Shown piece after piece: positions 1 through 9,234 of a DNA stretch of 64,000 nt. Each line of letters starts with the position of its first letter. The stretch's first letter is position 1. The notes under the pieces were generated by a model. It ran no database searches. It was not told the origin of the DNA and saw only the letters and a list, made by a program, of their open reading frames with translations. The position numbers and the translations under genes were made by a program. The DNA comes from Candidatus Krumholzibacteriia bacterium (GTDB lineage Bacteria > Krumholzibacteriota > Krumholzibacteriia > JAJRXK01). The stretch lies in NCBI GenBank assembly GCA_041484665.1, contig JBGPIA010000002.1:256001-320000 (forward strand), written 5' to 3'.

Positions 1-22
1 AGACACCGGCGATGCCGCACAT
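1..22 (-). CDS. N-terminal fragment of an Ntn-type glutamine amidotransferase, probably AsnB-like; runs off the left edge
   Basis: Minus strand reads GGGAGA SD, then ATG at 22 encoding MCGIAGV, the Cys2 Ntn-amidotransferase N-terminus; only 7 codons visible. Confidence 0.6.
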
Positions 23-142
23 GGGCTTTCTCCCTGCACCGCGGCGCGGGCTGGCGACCCCGTAAGGGTCCGATGCGACCGAACCCATAGGATATCACAT
101 CCCCCGCGCCCGACTGCACGGCCACCTGACGCGCGACCGCGA

Positions 143-172
143 TTGAGCGGCACGCCGCGCGCGGTGTAGAAT
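143..172 (+). promoter_or_regulatory. Putative sigma-70 promoter for the 230..4260 genes
   Basis: TTGAGC-N18-TAGAAT upstream of the GTG at 230. Confidence 0.45.
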
Positions 173-229
173 CCTGCTCGCCGTACCCACACCTCCCTCC
201 TATCCGCGCGGGTCCTCCGCTTCCTCCTG

Positions 230-2707
230 GTGCCTTCCCGCTCCTTTCTCGCCTCGCGCGCTGCCCGGGTGGCCGTCGCCGTCGGGGCCTGCGCGGCATG
301 CCTCTGGACGCCTGGCGCCAGCGCGTGGCTGCGCGTGCTGGGCGCGGTGGGTCTGCTGGCGGCCCTACCCGGCTGGGGTCTGCAACGCTGGCTGCTGGGC
401 GCGGGACCGGCCGGGCTGTTGCAACGGTGCGCGGTCGGGGCGACCGCGCCGTGGGCGGTCCATGGGATCCTCGCCACGCTGCTCGGCGCAGCGGGGGTGG
501 GGCCACACGTGGCGGCGGCGACGGCGACCGCGTTGGGAATTGGGGCCGGACTGTTCGGGCGGTCCGCGCGGCACCACGAGCGCGCGGCGTCTGCCGCGGG
601 CCGGCGCGAGCTGCTGGCGGTCGCGCTGCTGGTGCTGCTAACGGTCTGCATCGCGTCCTGCCCGCCCGAGCTCTCCTTGCGCTCCGACGTGTACGCCCAC
701 GTGGCAGCCGTGCGCGCCTGCCTCGAGGAGAACCGCGTCTTCCCCCGCCACGAGTTCTACGCGCTCCAGCAGACCGAGGGGCCCGACCCCAGGTTCGGGA
801 CGGCCCACGCCTTCGATGCGAGCCTGTCGGCGCTGGCGCGGGTGACGCCGCTTGAGCTGTGGACCCGTCTGTGTGGCCTGCTGCCGCTGGTCTGGGGCCT
901 GAGCACCGCATCGCTTGCGGTGATCGCTTGCCGCACCCGCCGCGGGCGCGTGCTGGCGGCCGTGCTGTTCCTGGGCTGCTACGGCGGCACGATCTACAAC
1001 CCGCTGCGCGTGGCGGCATACCCACAGTGGGTGGGGTTGGCGCTGGTCTGGACGGGGCTGGGGCTGCTGCTGGAAGCGCACCGCCGCGACCGTCGCCGAG
1101 CGACCTGGGCTGCGGCGGCGCTGTTGGCTGGCTGCGGAGCCCTGCACGCCCTCTCGTTCCTGTTGGGCGCAACCCTGCTTGCGGCGGCGGCCATCACCGC
1201 TCCGCGCGCGCGACGCGCGGAATGGGCGCGCGCGCTGGCCGTTTTCGCAGCGATCGCGAGTCCGGTGATGGCCCTGCGCCTCGCCTTGAGTCACGGCAAC
1301 GAGAATCCCATCCACCAGTTGCCCTGGTATCCGTTGCAATGGCGACCGGGCTTGTTCTCGGTACGCCCGGACTATCTGCTGCAGTGGCTGTTCCCCATGG
1401 GGCTGGCTGCGCTGCTGCTGATGCCGGCTCTGTGGCGGCGCGGTGCGCAGGCGCACGCCGAGCGCTGGGCGGTGCTGGCGGGCGCGGCGACCCTGGCCTG
1501 GCTGGCGATCCCGTGGTTGCTGACGCCGTCGTTGTCGGTCCTGGGATTCCTGCCCTTGCGCTTCATCCTGGCCGTCCTCTTCCCCCTGTTGTGGGGCCTG
1601 TGGGCCGACGGTGGCGCTGTGCACGGTGGCGCGCCTGCGCGCGGCGCGCGCAGATTCGCCGCCACGCTGGCGCTTTTGGTGGCCGCGGGCAGTCTTGCCT
1701 TGCGCCTGGCGGCGGCCCGCACGCCGGCGGCGGACGCCTTCGTGGACGAGCCGCAGTGGATAGAGATCACGCGCGCGCTGGATACCCTGCCGCACGGCAC
1801 GGCCGTCGTACTGTCCGACCCCTACACGATGCTCGCGGTGCGGGCGTGCACGTCGCAGCGGATCGTGGCGGTGCCCGATGGACGCTCGTCACCTCGGGAC
1901 GCGCAGGCGCTGCAGCGGCTGCGCGACACGTGGAGCGCCATGAGCCCCTCTACGGACGCTGCCGGCACCGACGCGTTGCTCGTGCGCTACGGCGTCACGC
2001 ACGTCTTGCTGAATCGCGGATTCCGCCAGGACCTGCTCGGCTTCGAGTACGCCGTCGCGCTGGCCGACCTCCCTGCGCAGCGCGCGAAGCTCGCCGGCAA
2101 CCCGCAACGCTATCGGCTTGTGCGCGAGGTGGGTGGGTTCGCGCTGTACGAGGTGGTGCGCGGGGCCGTGACGTCCGAAGGGCCATGGCGGCAAGCCTGT
2201 ACCCGGGAGCGGCCGCCCAGAACAACTCTTGCGGCGCCCCTGCACGACGGGTTCGAGCTGCTGGAGGGCGCAGTCGAGCCGGGCGATCCCGCCAGCGGTC
2301 GGCCCGCGGTGGCTCGGCTGCAGCTTGGCTACCGCGGCGCGCTCCCAGCCCCCTACCGGGAGATCGTGCTGCGCGCCGACGCGACCCCGTCGCCCGTGCC
2401 CGCATGGCTGCGACCGGTGGGCAAGCCGGTGCGCAAGCTGCTCGAGCTGGCGCAGCGCAGGCGCACCCGGGCGCGCTGGACCGCGCTGCCCGGCGATGCC
2501 CGCTGCCCGACCTTCTTATTGCAGAACGGCAACGTGCAGGACGTAGACGTCCCGTTGCCGATCCCACCGTCACTCTCGGCCGGTGTCTACGACGTCACGG
2601 TGCAGGTGGCCGGCAGCAGCGAGTTCACCGCGCTGGCGCCGCGTGACTTCCTGCGCGACGACGACATCTACAGCGGCCCGGTGGTCGGGCGCCTTACGGT
2701 CCGCTGA
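230..2707 (+). CDS. Large polytopic membrane protein, GT-C-like, with soluble C-terminal domain
   Basis: Many TM segments, SDVYAH and DPRFG loop motifs, SDPYT domain; paralog of 10890..13439. Confidence 0.65.
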   Translation: MPSRSFLASRAARVAVAVGACAACLWTPGASAWLRVLGAVGLLAALPGWGLQRWLLGAGPAGLLQRCAVGATAPWAVHGILATLLGAAGVGPHVAAATATALGIGAGLFGRSARHHERAASAAGRRELLAVALLVLLTVCIASCPPELSLRSDVYAHVAAVRACLEENRVFPRHEFYALQQTEGPDPRFGTAHAFDASLSALARVTPLELWTRLCGLLPLVWGLSTASLAVIACRTRRGRVLAAVLFLGCYGGTIYNPLRVAAYPQWVGLALVWTGLGLLLEAHRRDRRRATWAAAALLAGCGALHALSFLLGATLLAAAAITAPRARRAEWARALAVFAAIASPVMALRLALSHGNENPIHQLPWYPLQWRPGLFSVRPDYLLQWLFPMGLAALLLMPALWRRGAQAHAERWAVLAGAATLAWLAIPWLLTPSLSVLGFLPLRFILAVLFPLLWGLWADGGAVHGGAPARGARRFAATLALLVAAGSLALRLAAARTPAADAFVDEPQWIEITRALDTLPHGTAVVLSDPYTMLAVRACTSQRIVAVPDGRSSPRDAQALQRLRDTWSAMSPSTDAAGTDALLVRYGVTHVLLNRGFRQDLLGFEYAVALADLPAQRAKLAGNPQRYRLVREVGGFALYEVVRGAVTSEGPWRQACTRERPPRTTLAAPLHDGFELLEGAVEPGDPASGRPAVARLQLGYRGALPAPYREIVLRADATPSPVPAWLRPVGKPVRKLLELAQRRRTRARWTALPGDARCPTFLLQNGNVQDVDVPLPIPPSLSAGVYDVTVQVAGSSEFTALAPRDFLRDDDIYSGPVVGRLTVR

Positions 2708-2754
2708 CCAGACCTGCGGCGCGGCGCCGGACCGGCCGGGAGCACCTGCGATCC

Positions 2755-4260
2755 ATGAGCACCTCGATCCACCGCAGCGTGATCCTCAACTGGGTGGGGC
2801 TGGCCTTCCGCATGGGGGCCTCATTCGTCCTGCTGCCCTATATCGTGGCGCGCATCGGCGAGAATGGATATGGCAGCTACCTGGTGCTGGTGGCGGCGTT
2901 CGGCTACAGCGAGATCCTCGACTTCGGCCTCAGCGCTGCCATCGTGCGCTACGTGGCGCGCATGGCGGCCACGGGGGAGCACGAGCGACTCAACCGCATC
3001 CTGGGCGCCATCTTCCGATTCTACTTCCTGCTCGCCGCGCTGATCGTGGCAGCCGCCACGCTGGCCTGGCTCTTCCCGCAGCCCTGGATGCGCCCGCAGG
3101 GCGCCGAGCCCCGCTTCCCGTTCTACATCTTCCTGTTCGGGTTGCTCTCCGCGTCGACCTTCTTCCAGGTGGGCTGGAAGTGGATCCTACGGGGCCGCGA
3201 GCGCTACGACCTCAGCAACGTCATCGACCTGGCCGGGCTGGTCGTGCGCGTTGCGACGATCCTGGGCCTGCTGCACGCCGGTGCGGGCGTGCTCGCGGTG
3301 GTGATGGCCGACCTGTTGGAGAGCCTCGTCTGCTGGGTGGGTCACTGGCTGGTGACGCGACGACTCTTCCCCGAGATCCGCCCGCAGTGGCGCCACACAC
3401 AGGACGAAGGGCTGGGCGAGGTCCGCCGGTACAGCGTCTGGGTCTTCTTCAACCAGATCTCCGATCAGGTGCGCTTCCGCACCGACAGCCTGGTGATCGC
3501 CTGGGCGCGCAACACCTCCGACATCGCGCTGTTCGGCGTAGCGGCTCGCCTGCAGTCATACCTGCTGCAAGCCACGAACCTCATGAGCGTGCCCTTCCGC
3601 TCGCGGCTGTCGTACCTGGACGGGGCGGGAGACTGGGACGGTGTGCGTGCCCTCTACCTGCGGGGTGTGCGTCTGGTGTCGTTCACCGGCTTCGCGCTGG
3701 CGGGAGCGCTGTTCCTTCATGCCGATCCGTTCATGCGGGCTTGGATGGGGCCATCGTTCGCATCCAGCGCGCGCATCCTGCGCATCCTGTTGCCTGCGCT
3801 GGCCGTGGAGATGTCGCAAATCGTCTCGGTGGTTGCCCTCTACGCCACCGGCCGCCACGCGATGCTGGCCTGGCTCACGCTGGGCGAGGCGCTGACCAAG
3901 CTGGGCTTGAGCCTCGTGCTGGTGCGCCCGCTGGGCATCGAGGGGGTCGCGCTGGCCACGGCTATCCCTATGCTGTTGAACAAGGGGCTGCTGCTGTCCT
4001 CGTATGCCTGCCGGTCGCTCGGCGTTGGTGTCGGGCGCTGGCTGCGTGAGGGGCTGTCGGGGCCGCTGCTCACGCTGGCCATCTCGATGCTGCTGGACCT
4101 TGGCATCGACCGGGTGTGGCGGCCGGTCGCTCTGCCGGCGGTGATGCTGCAGCTGGTGGTCGATCTGATCCCCTTTGCGCTGCTGGGCTGGTGGCTGGTG
4201 CTGCGTGAGGAGGACCGCATCCGCGCGCGGGCCATGTTGGGGAGGCTGCGGAGGCGATAG
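2755..4260 (+). CDS. Wzx-type oligosaccharide flippase
   Basis: 501 aa multi-TM, GENGYG and DFGL...IVRYVA motifs typical of MOP flippases. Confidence 0.85.
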   Translation: MSTSIHRSVILNWVGLAFRMGASFVLLPYIVARIGENGYGSYLVLVAAFGYSEILDFGLSAAIVRYVARMAATGEHERLNRILGAIFRFYFLLAALIVAAATLAWLFPQPWMRPQGAEPRFPFYIFLFGLLSASTFFQVGWKWILRGRERYDLSNVIDLAGLVVRVATILGLLHAGAGVLAVVMADLLESLVCWVGHWLVTRRLFPEIRPQWRHTQDEGLGEVRRYSVWVFFNQISDQVRFRTDSLVIAWARNTSDIALFGVAARLQSYLLQATNLMSVPFRSRLSYLDGAGDWDGVRALYLRGVRLVSFTGFALAGALFLHADPFMRAWMGPSFASSARILRILLPALAVEMSQIVSVVALYATGRHAMLAWLTLGEALTKLGLSLVLVRPLGIEGVALATAIPMLLNKGLLLSSYACRSLGVGVGRWLREGLSGPLLTLAISMLLDLGIDRVWRPVALPAVMLQLVVDLIPFALLGWWLVLREEDRIRARAMLGRLRRR

Positions 4261-4318
4261 CGGGCTTCCACAGTATTACGCTCGTCGGCGATGACCATTC
4301 TCGGAGGTCCGGATACTC

Positions 4319-5506
4319 ATGCAAGCACACGATGATGGGGCCATGGCGCCTCCGCGGCTGCGTCAGCTCTCCACCTGGTACGCGCGCCTGGCGATCATCG
4401 CCCTCAACACGCTCGTCCTGCTGGCGCTGGGGCTTGCTGTGATCGACGCCGGCCTCGACTTGCAGGGTCGCCTGCATCCGCCTGTGGTCTATTCAAGGCT
4501 GCTGCACCTGGACTCCTATCGATTGGTCAGTCGCGAGGTGGCGCGGGCCACAGGGGAGGAGTACGACCGGATGGGCAGCTACCAGAGCTTCGAGTACAAC
4601 CCGTGGACCGGGTTCATGCACCGCGCGTTCTCCGGGCGCTACCTGAACGTTGACGCTGGCGGCCTCTACAACATCCGCCGGTCCACTCCAGCGGAGCCGC
4701 TGCGCGAAGGGCAGCGCGACCTGCTCGTATGGGCGTTCGGCGGGTCCACGATGTTCGGTTGGGGAATGCCGGACTCGTTCACGATTCCGTCACTGCTCCA
4801 ACGCGAGCTGAGCGACCGGCTGCCCCTCCGCCGTGTTCGAGTCCTCAACTGCGGGCAAGCCTACTACTTCAGCTCGCAAGAGCTGGCCCAGTACGTGGCC
4901 ATGCTGCGGGTCGGCGAGCGCCCGCAGATCGTCATCTTCCTGGATGGCCTCAACGAAACGGTGCGGGTCCCCGAAGGCTGCGAGGTGCCGTACTTCTCGG
5001 ATACGGCCTACCGCGGCTGGGAGGAGCAGCGGCAGGAACGATATCTGCACACTGGAAGCTGGCTGAGATTGACCGGCAACTTCCCGCTGAACCGTCTCCG
5101 TCAGCATTTTGCAGGCACGAAGGATACGCCACGCGATTCCCGCTACATCGTCCCGCCCGGCGAACCCGTCAATCGAACCGTGGAGAACTACCGATGCAAT
5201 CGGGATTTGATCGTCGCCATCAGCGCCCGGCTCGGCATCGATGTCTATTGCTTCCTGCAGCCGCTCACCGCCTACGGTGATTACGCGCACTCACCCGCGC
5301 AGCTCTTGAACGGGGCCGACATCGCGCGCGCGGTCTATGACACCCTGGTCGGCGAGGCGCGCTCCGGTCGGACTCCACACTTCTATACGCTCCACGACGT
5401 GCTGTTCGAGCTGGAGGCCCCCTACGTCGATTCCTCCCACTACTCCGACACCGGCTCTACACGGGTCGCCGCCGCGATGGCCACCATCATCGCAGGGCAA
5501 CAATAG
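4319..5506 (+). CDS. Membrane-anchored SGNH/GDSL-like hydrolase or acyltransferase
   Basis: N-terminal TM, FGGSTMFG block I, DGLNE block III, DSSH C-terminal DxxH. Confidence 0.8.
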   Translation: MQAHDDGAMAPPRLRQLSTWYARLAIIALNTLVLLALGLAVIDAGLDLQGRLHPPVVYSRLLHLDSYRLVSREVARATGEEYDRMGSYQSFEYNPWTGFMHRAFSGRYLNVDAGGLYNIRRSTPAEPLREGQRDLLVWAFGGSTMFGWGMPDSFTIPSLLQRELSDRLPLRRVRVLNCGQAYYFSSQELAQYVAMLRVGERPQIVIFLDGLNETVRVPEGCEVPYFSDTAYRGWEEQRQERYLHTGSWLRLTGNFPLNRLRQHFAGTKDTPRDSRYIVPPGEPVNRTVENYRCNRDLIVAISARLGIDVYCFLQPLTAYGDYAHSPAQLLNGADIARAVYDTLVGEARSGRTPHFYTLHDVLFELEAPYVDSSHYSDTGSTRVAAAMATIIAGQQ

Positions 5507-5602
5507 CGAGTCCCCGTTGAAGCGGTCAGTGAGGGGCGCGGGTGCTGCCGGGCAACTGCGCCTAAGACGCGGGCAGATTGCAGCCGCGCAGTGCCACTGC
5601 TT

Positions 5603-6646
5603 CTACGGTCCAGATGGGGTTGCGGATCCGTCACCCAGCCGCTCTCGCACGAACGCAGCCACGTCCCGCGTGACCCGGACGGCCTCCGACTCGCCAAAGT
5701 GGGCCGTCGACTGCATGACGTCGGGCTCCGTCGAGAGCGGAACCGTCTCTACAATGATGCTGCCCGGCATCGACGCGGCGACCGAACGCCGCATCTGGCG
5801 CTGGTAGTCATCATCGCAGGACCCGCCGCGTACGTAGGGCATGACCACGACGAACACCGGGGTTCTGGACTTCGCGCACAGCGCGCCGATCCTTCGCAGT
5901 CCAGCCCGGGCATCGTCGTGGATCCACGCGCGACGGCCCGCTTCCACCAGGGGCTGCGCCGGCGTGGGAAACCACCCGGAGTTGCCGGCCAGGATGCCCT
6001 GGGCCAGCTCTGGGGTCACCATTCGCCCCATCTGTGGCTGCGTCCAGTGCCCCTGGTCGAGCCAGATCGCCCGCACGAAGCCCCCAAACGAATCGTTCAC
6101 GCGCTTGAGAACTGGCTGCGTGCGAGCCGTTCCCGCTGCGAGCCTCCCTGCCAACCACGCCCTGTACCCGTAGCGCTCGTTGCGCTCATCGCTCTCGCTC
6201 AGGGTCTGGGGGTGGACCCACACCACCACCGCCGACGGGAGCGCGTGGTGCGTGAGCCGCGCCTCAAGGAGCAGCGCATGGCCCGACGTGCTCACGTATC
6301 CGAAGGTGCCAAGATTGAGCGCGCTCAGCCCACTCACCGCCGTGAACTGCGGAGCGGCGAAGCCAAACAAGCAGCTGGAGTCCCCGATCGCCCAAACTGA
6401 CGCATCGCTTTCGCCCAAGGCAAGCTCCGCTTTCGTTTCGAGCACGACGTAGTCGAAGTACTGGTCATCCAGCGGCAGCCCGCCGAGGAACCCCGACTGC
6501 TCGGCAGTGGAACGCGCGCGCCGGGCGGTGCGCGCGAGGATCGCCGCCAGCGCTCCACCGACCAGCACCGCCAGCAGCACTACGATCACCGCCGCGCGAC
6601 GCGTCATGGGACGAACCGATGCGGTCTGGCTCTTGTCCTGGCTCAT
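5603..6646 (-). CDS. Membrane-anchored SGNH-like protein (AlgJ/DltD-like partner of the MBOAT)
   Basis: ATG 6646 with GGAGGGG SD (MSQDKSQ), TM anchor, IGDSS motif, C-terminal STAH; directly downstream of the MBOAT. Confidence 0.7.
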   Translation of the reverse strand: MSQDKSQTASVRPMTRRAAVIVVLLAVLVGGALAAILARTARRARSTAEQSGFLGGLPLDDQYFDYVVLETKAELALGESDASVWAIGDSSCLFGFAAPQFTAVSGLSALNLGTFGYVSTSGHALLLEARLTHHALPSAVVVWVHPQTLSESDERNERYGYRAWLAGRLAAGTARTQPVLKRVNDSFGGFVRAIWLDQGHWTQPQMGRMVTPELAQGILAGNSGWFPTPAQPLVEAGRRAWIHDDARAGLRRIGALCAKSRTPVFVVVMPYVRGGSCDDDYQRQMRRSVAASMPGSIIVETVPLSTEPDVMQSTAHFGESEAVRVTRDVAAFVRERLGDGSATPSGP

Positions 6647-6669
6647 AGGCGCCCCTCCACGGTCTGCCG

Positions 6670-8097
6670 CTAGAACTGGAAGTACAGGAATGGGGTCTGA
6701 CGGAACGCGCCGAACGCCAGGATCAACGCCGCGAGCACCCCCGCGAAGCAGCCGCGAGAAACGACGCCCAGGCGCACCGGACCCGGGTTCTGGTAGTTCC
6801 TCGACTCGAACGCATCGAGCGCGCACATCACCGCGAAGAAGCCCGCGACCGCAGTCACCTGCGCGCCCGTGAAGACGCACGGAGTCTGCCAGTTGAACCA
6901 CTGCTTGCTCAACACCACGACATTGCGCAGGCCATGCACCCGGAAGAACACCCAACTCTGTAGCACGAAAGCAAAGGTCAGCAGCCATGACGTCGCCATC
7001 ACGGCGGGCCCCAGCCGGGCGGAGACCCGCTCGGCCAGACTCCTGCTCCGGAAGAAAAAGCGGTGGAAGACCAGTCCGATGCCCTGCCACCCGCCCCAGA
7101 AGACGAAGTTCCAGGCGGCCCCGTGCCAGAGTCCACCGAGCAGCATGGTCGTCATCAGATTGACATACGTGCGTCTGCTGCCACGGGCGTTGCCGCCCAG
7201 CGGAATGTACAGGTAGTCGCGAAGCCAGGAGGACAGGCTGATGTGCCACCGCCGCCAGAAATCCTGGATGTTGAGCGACGCATAGGGGGCCCGGAAATTG
7301 ACCATCAGGTCGATGCCGAACCACTTCGCGACCCCACGGGCGATGTCCGAGTAGCCCGAGAAATCGCAGTAAATCTGGATCGCAAAGGCCACCGTGCCGA
7401 CCAGCAGACTGGCAATCCCGACGTGAGCGGGATGCTGGTAAATGCGCTCGACGACCAGCGCCATGTTGTCGGCGAGCACGCTCTTGCGAAAGAACCCCAG
7501 CAAGACCAGCCAGAGGCCATGCTCGATATCCTCGGCGCGCAGTCTGCGCGGCGCGAGCATCTGCGGGAGCAGCCGCGCTCCTCGCTCGATGGGCCCCGCG
7601 ACCAGCTGCGGAAAGAACGACACAAAGGCGCCGAAGGCGATGAAGTCCTTCGTTGGCGCCACCTTTCCACGGTAGACGTCGATCGTGTAGCTCATGGTCT
7701 GGAACGTGTAGAAGCTGATTCCAACCGGCAAGATGATGTTCAACGTGGTCAGGTTGACATGCAGGCCGGCCGATTCCGTCAGACGGATGAGACTCTTGAC
7801 GAAGAAGTCGAAGTACTTGAAGAACCCGAGCAGGCTGAGCTGGCCGGTCACGCTGATGGAGAGCAAGAGACGCTTGGCACGTTGGGTGCCTGCCCGCGCA
7901 ATTCCCCGCGCCACGAAGTAATCGAGCACCATCGAAGCGCCGAGGAGGAACAGGAATCGCCAATCCCAAAACCCATAGAAGATGCAGCTCAGGACCAGGA
8001 TGACGAAGTTCTGCACCCTGAGTCGCTGATGGGCGGCCCAGTACACGACGAGGGCAATGGGGAGGAAGAGCGCGAAGGCGAGGGAGTTGAAGAGCAT
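6670..8097 (-). CDS. AlgI/DltB-family MBOAT O-acyltransferase
   Basis: MLFNS start, LPVGISFYTFQ, FPQLVAGPIER, DFSGYSD, FWRRWHISLS, GLWHGA. Confidence 0.95.
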   Translation of the reverse strand: MLFNSLAFALFLPIALVVYWAAHQRLRVQNFVILVLSCIFYGFWDWRFLFLLGASMVLDYFVARGIARAGTQRAKRLLLSISVTGQLSLLGFFKYFDFFVKSLIRLTESAGLHVNLTTLNIILPVGISFYTFQTMSYTIDVYRGKVAPTKDFIAFGAFVSFFPQLVAGPIERGARLLPQMLAPRRLRAEDIEHGLWLVLLGFFRKSVLADNMALVVERIYQHPAHVGIASLLVGTVAFAIQIYCDFSGYSDIARGVAKWFGIDLMVNFRAPYASLNIQDFWRRWHISLSSWLRDYLYIPLGGNARGSRRTYVNLMTTMLLGGLWHGAAWNFVFWGGWQGIGLVFHRFFFRSRSLAERVSARLGPAVMATSWLLTFAFVLQSWVFFRVHGLRNVVVLSKQWFNWQTPCVFTGAQVTAVAGFFAVMCALDAFESRNYQNPGPVRLGVVSRGCFAGVLAALILAFGAFRQTPFLYFQF

Positions 8098-8393
8098 GGG
8101 TCGAAGCGCACCGCGCGCGATGGCTGTCGGCCCCGGCCGGCCGGTTCGCGGCGCCGCCGGGCACACGCCTTCTGGCGACGGGCTAAACGCTCAGGGGCGC
8201 TGGCGTCGGTCTCGTTTCGGCTGGTGTCTCGGCTGCAGCTGGCGTCTCGGCTTCGGTCAGAATTGCTTCTGGCGTGGGTGACGCCGCTTCGGGTTGGACG
8301 TGCGAGCGCAACCCGCAAGGATAACCATCGAAGTCTCGCACACCCTGCCCCCCTGGTCAAGCGCCCGCAGGACCCTCGGAGTCCAACCCGTTG

Positions 8394-9233
8394 TCATTGC
8401 GTCTGGCACGCCGGCGCGGTCCCCAGCGTCGATTTGACCCAAGCCTCGATCGCAGTTGCCCAGATGCGATATCCGTCTTCACTGAGGTGCAGGAAATCCG
8501 GCATCAGCTCCCGGCGGATGCCCCCACCTCCATCCATGAACGCGGATCCGAAGTCGGCGTAGGAGATTCCCTCCTCGGTCGACCAAGTCTGCAGGATCTG
8601 GTTCACCTGCAGCGCCAGGTCTCGCTGCTCGTTCGGCTGCTCCCCGCGCGGAAACAGCCCGACCACCAGAATGCGGATTTGCGGAAACTCGGCGCGCAAG
8701 GCGTCCACGATCTTGCCGATTCCATCTGCGACGCGGCGAGGATCGTCGGCCGGACCGACCAGGTTGTTCGTCCCAATGAGCACCACTGCGGTCCGCGGGC
8801 AGATCCCGTCCAGGTTTCCGTTGAGCAGCCGCCAGAGACAGTGCTCGACGCGATCACTGCTGCACCCGAGGTTCCCAGCGGCCCTCGAGCCGTAGAACTC
8901 CTCCCAGACCCGCCGTCCCTCCCTCTGCCAGCACTCCGTGATGGAGTCCCCCACGAAGATCAGGTCGGGCCGAAGCCGCCGATTCTCGGCACTGATCGCG
9001 CGGAAGCGCTGCAGCGATCGGCCGGCGGGGCGCCTGGGTTGTACCGTGGAATCGCTCGGAGCGCCGCAGCCAGCCGCGACGACCGCCCAGCAGAGGAGCG
9101 CCAGTGCGCAGCCACGTCCCGCTACGGTCCAGCGTCCAGTCACCGCCCGTAATCGTCCGGCGCATCGGGCGAGCGCCTTTGACACAGGGCCGCACGCTGC
9201 CGGACGCCGCTCGTTGTTGGCCGATCGGTGCAC
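8394..9233 (-). CDS. GDSL/SGNH esterase, PAF-acetylhydrolase-like; possible lipoprotein, start uncertain
   Basis: FVGDSIT, LIGTNN, PDFLHL; VAAGC lipobox-like segment. Confidence 0.85.
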   Translation of the reverse strand: MHRSANNERRPAACGPVSKALARCAGRLRAVTGRWTVAGRGCALALLCWAVVAAGCGAPSDSTVQPRRPAGRSLQRFRAISAENRRLRPDLIFVGDSITECWQREGRRVWEEFYGSRAAGNLGCSSDRVEHCLWRLLNGNLDGICPRTAVVLIGTNNLVGPADDPRRVADGIGKIVDALRAEFPQIRILVVGLFPRGEQPNEQRDLALQVNQILQTWSTEEGISYADFGSAFMDGGGGIRRELMPDFLHLSEDGYRIWATAIEAWVKSTLGTAPACQTQ

Positions 9234-9234
9234 G

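Noticed and set aside
23..110. glmS ribozyme upstream of the MCGIAG start
   Set aside because: Leader too short and no recognisable core; only a 5-bp hairpin at 56-70
5603..8164. 853-aa ORF as one protein
   Set aside because: The N-terminal part is an off-frame shadow of the MBOAT gene; the real start is at 6646 with an SD
8200..8256. Three degenerate ~18-bp repeats around GTCTCG upstream of the MBOAT
   Set aside because: Short, irregularly spaced and degenerate; no supportable function
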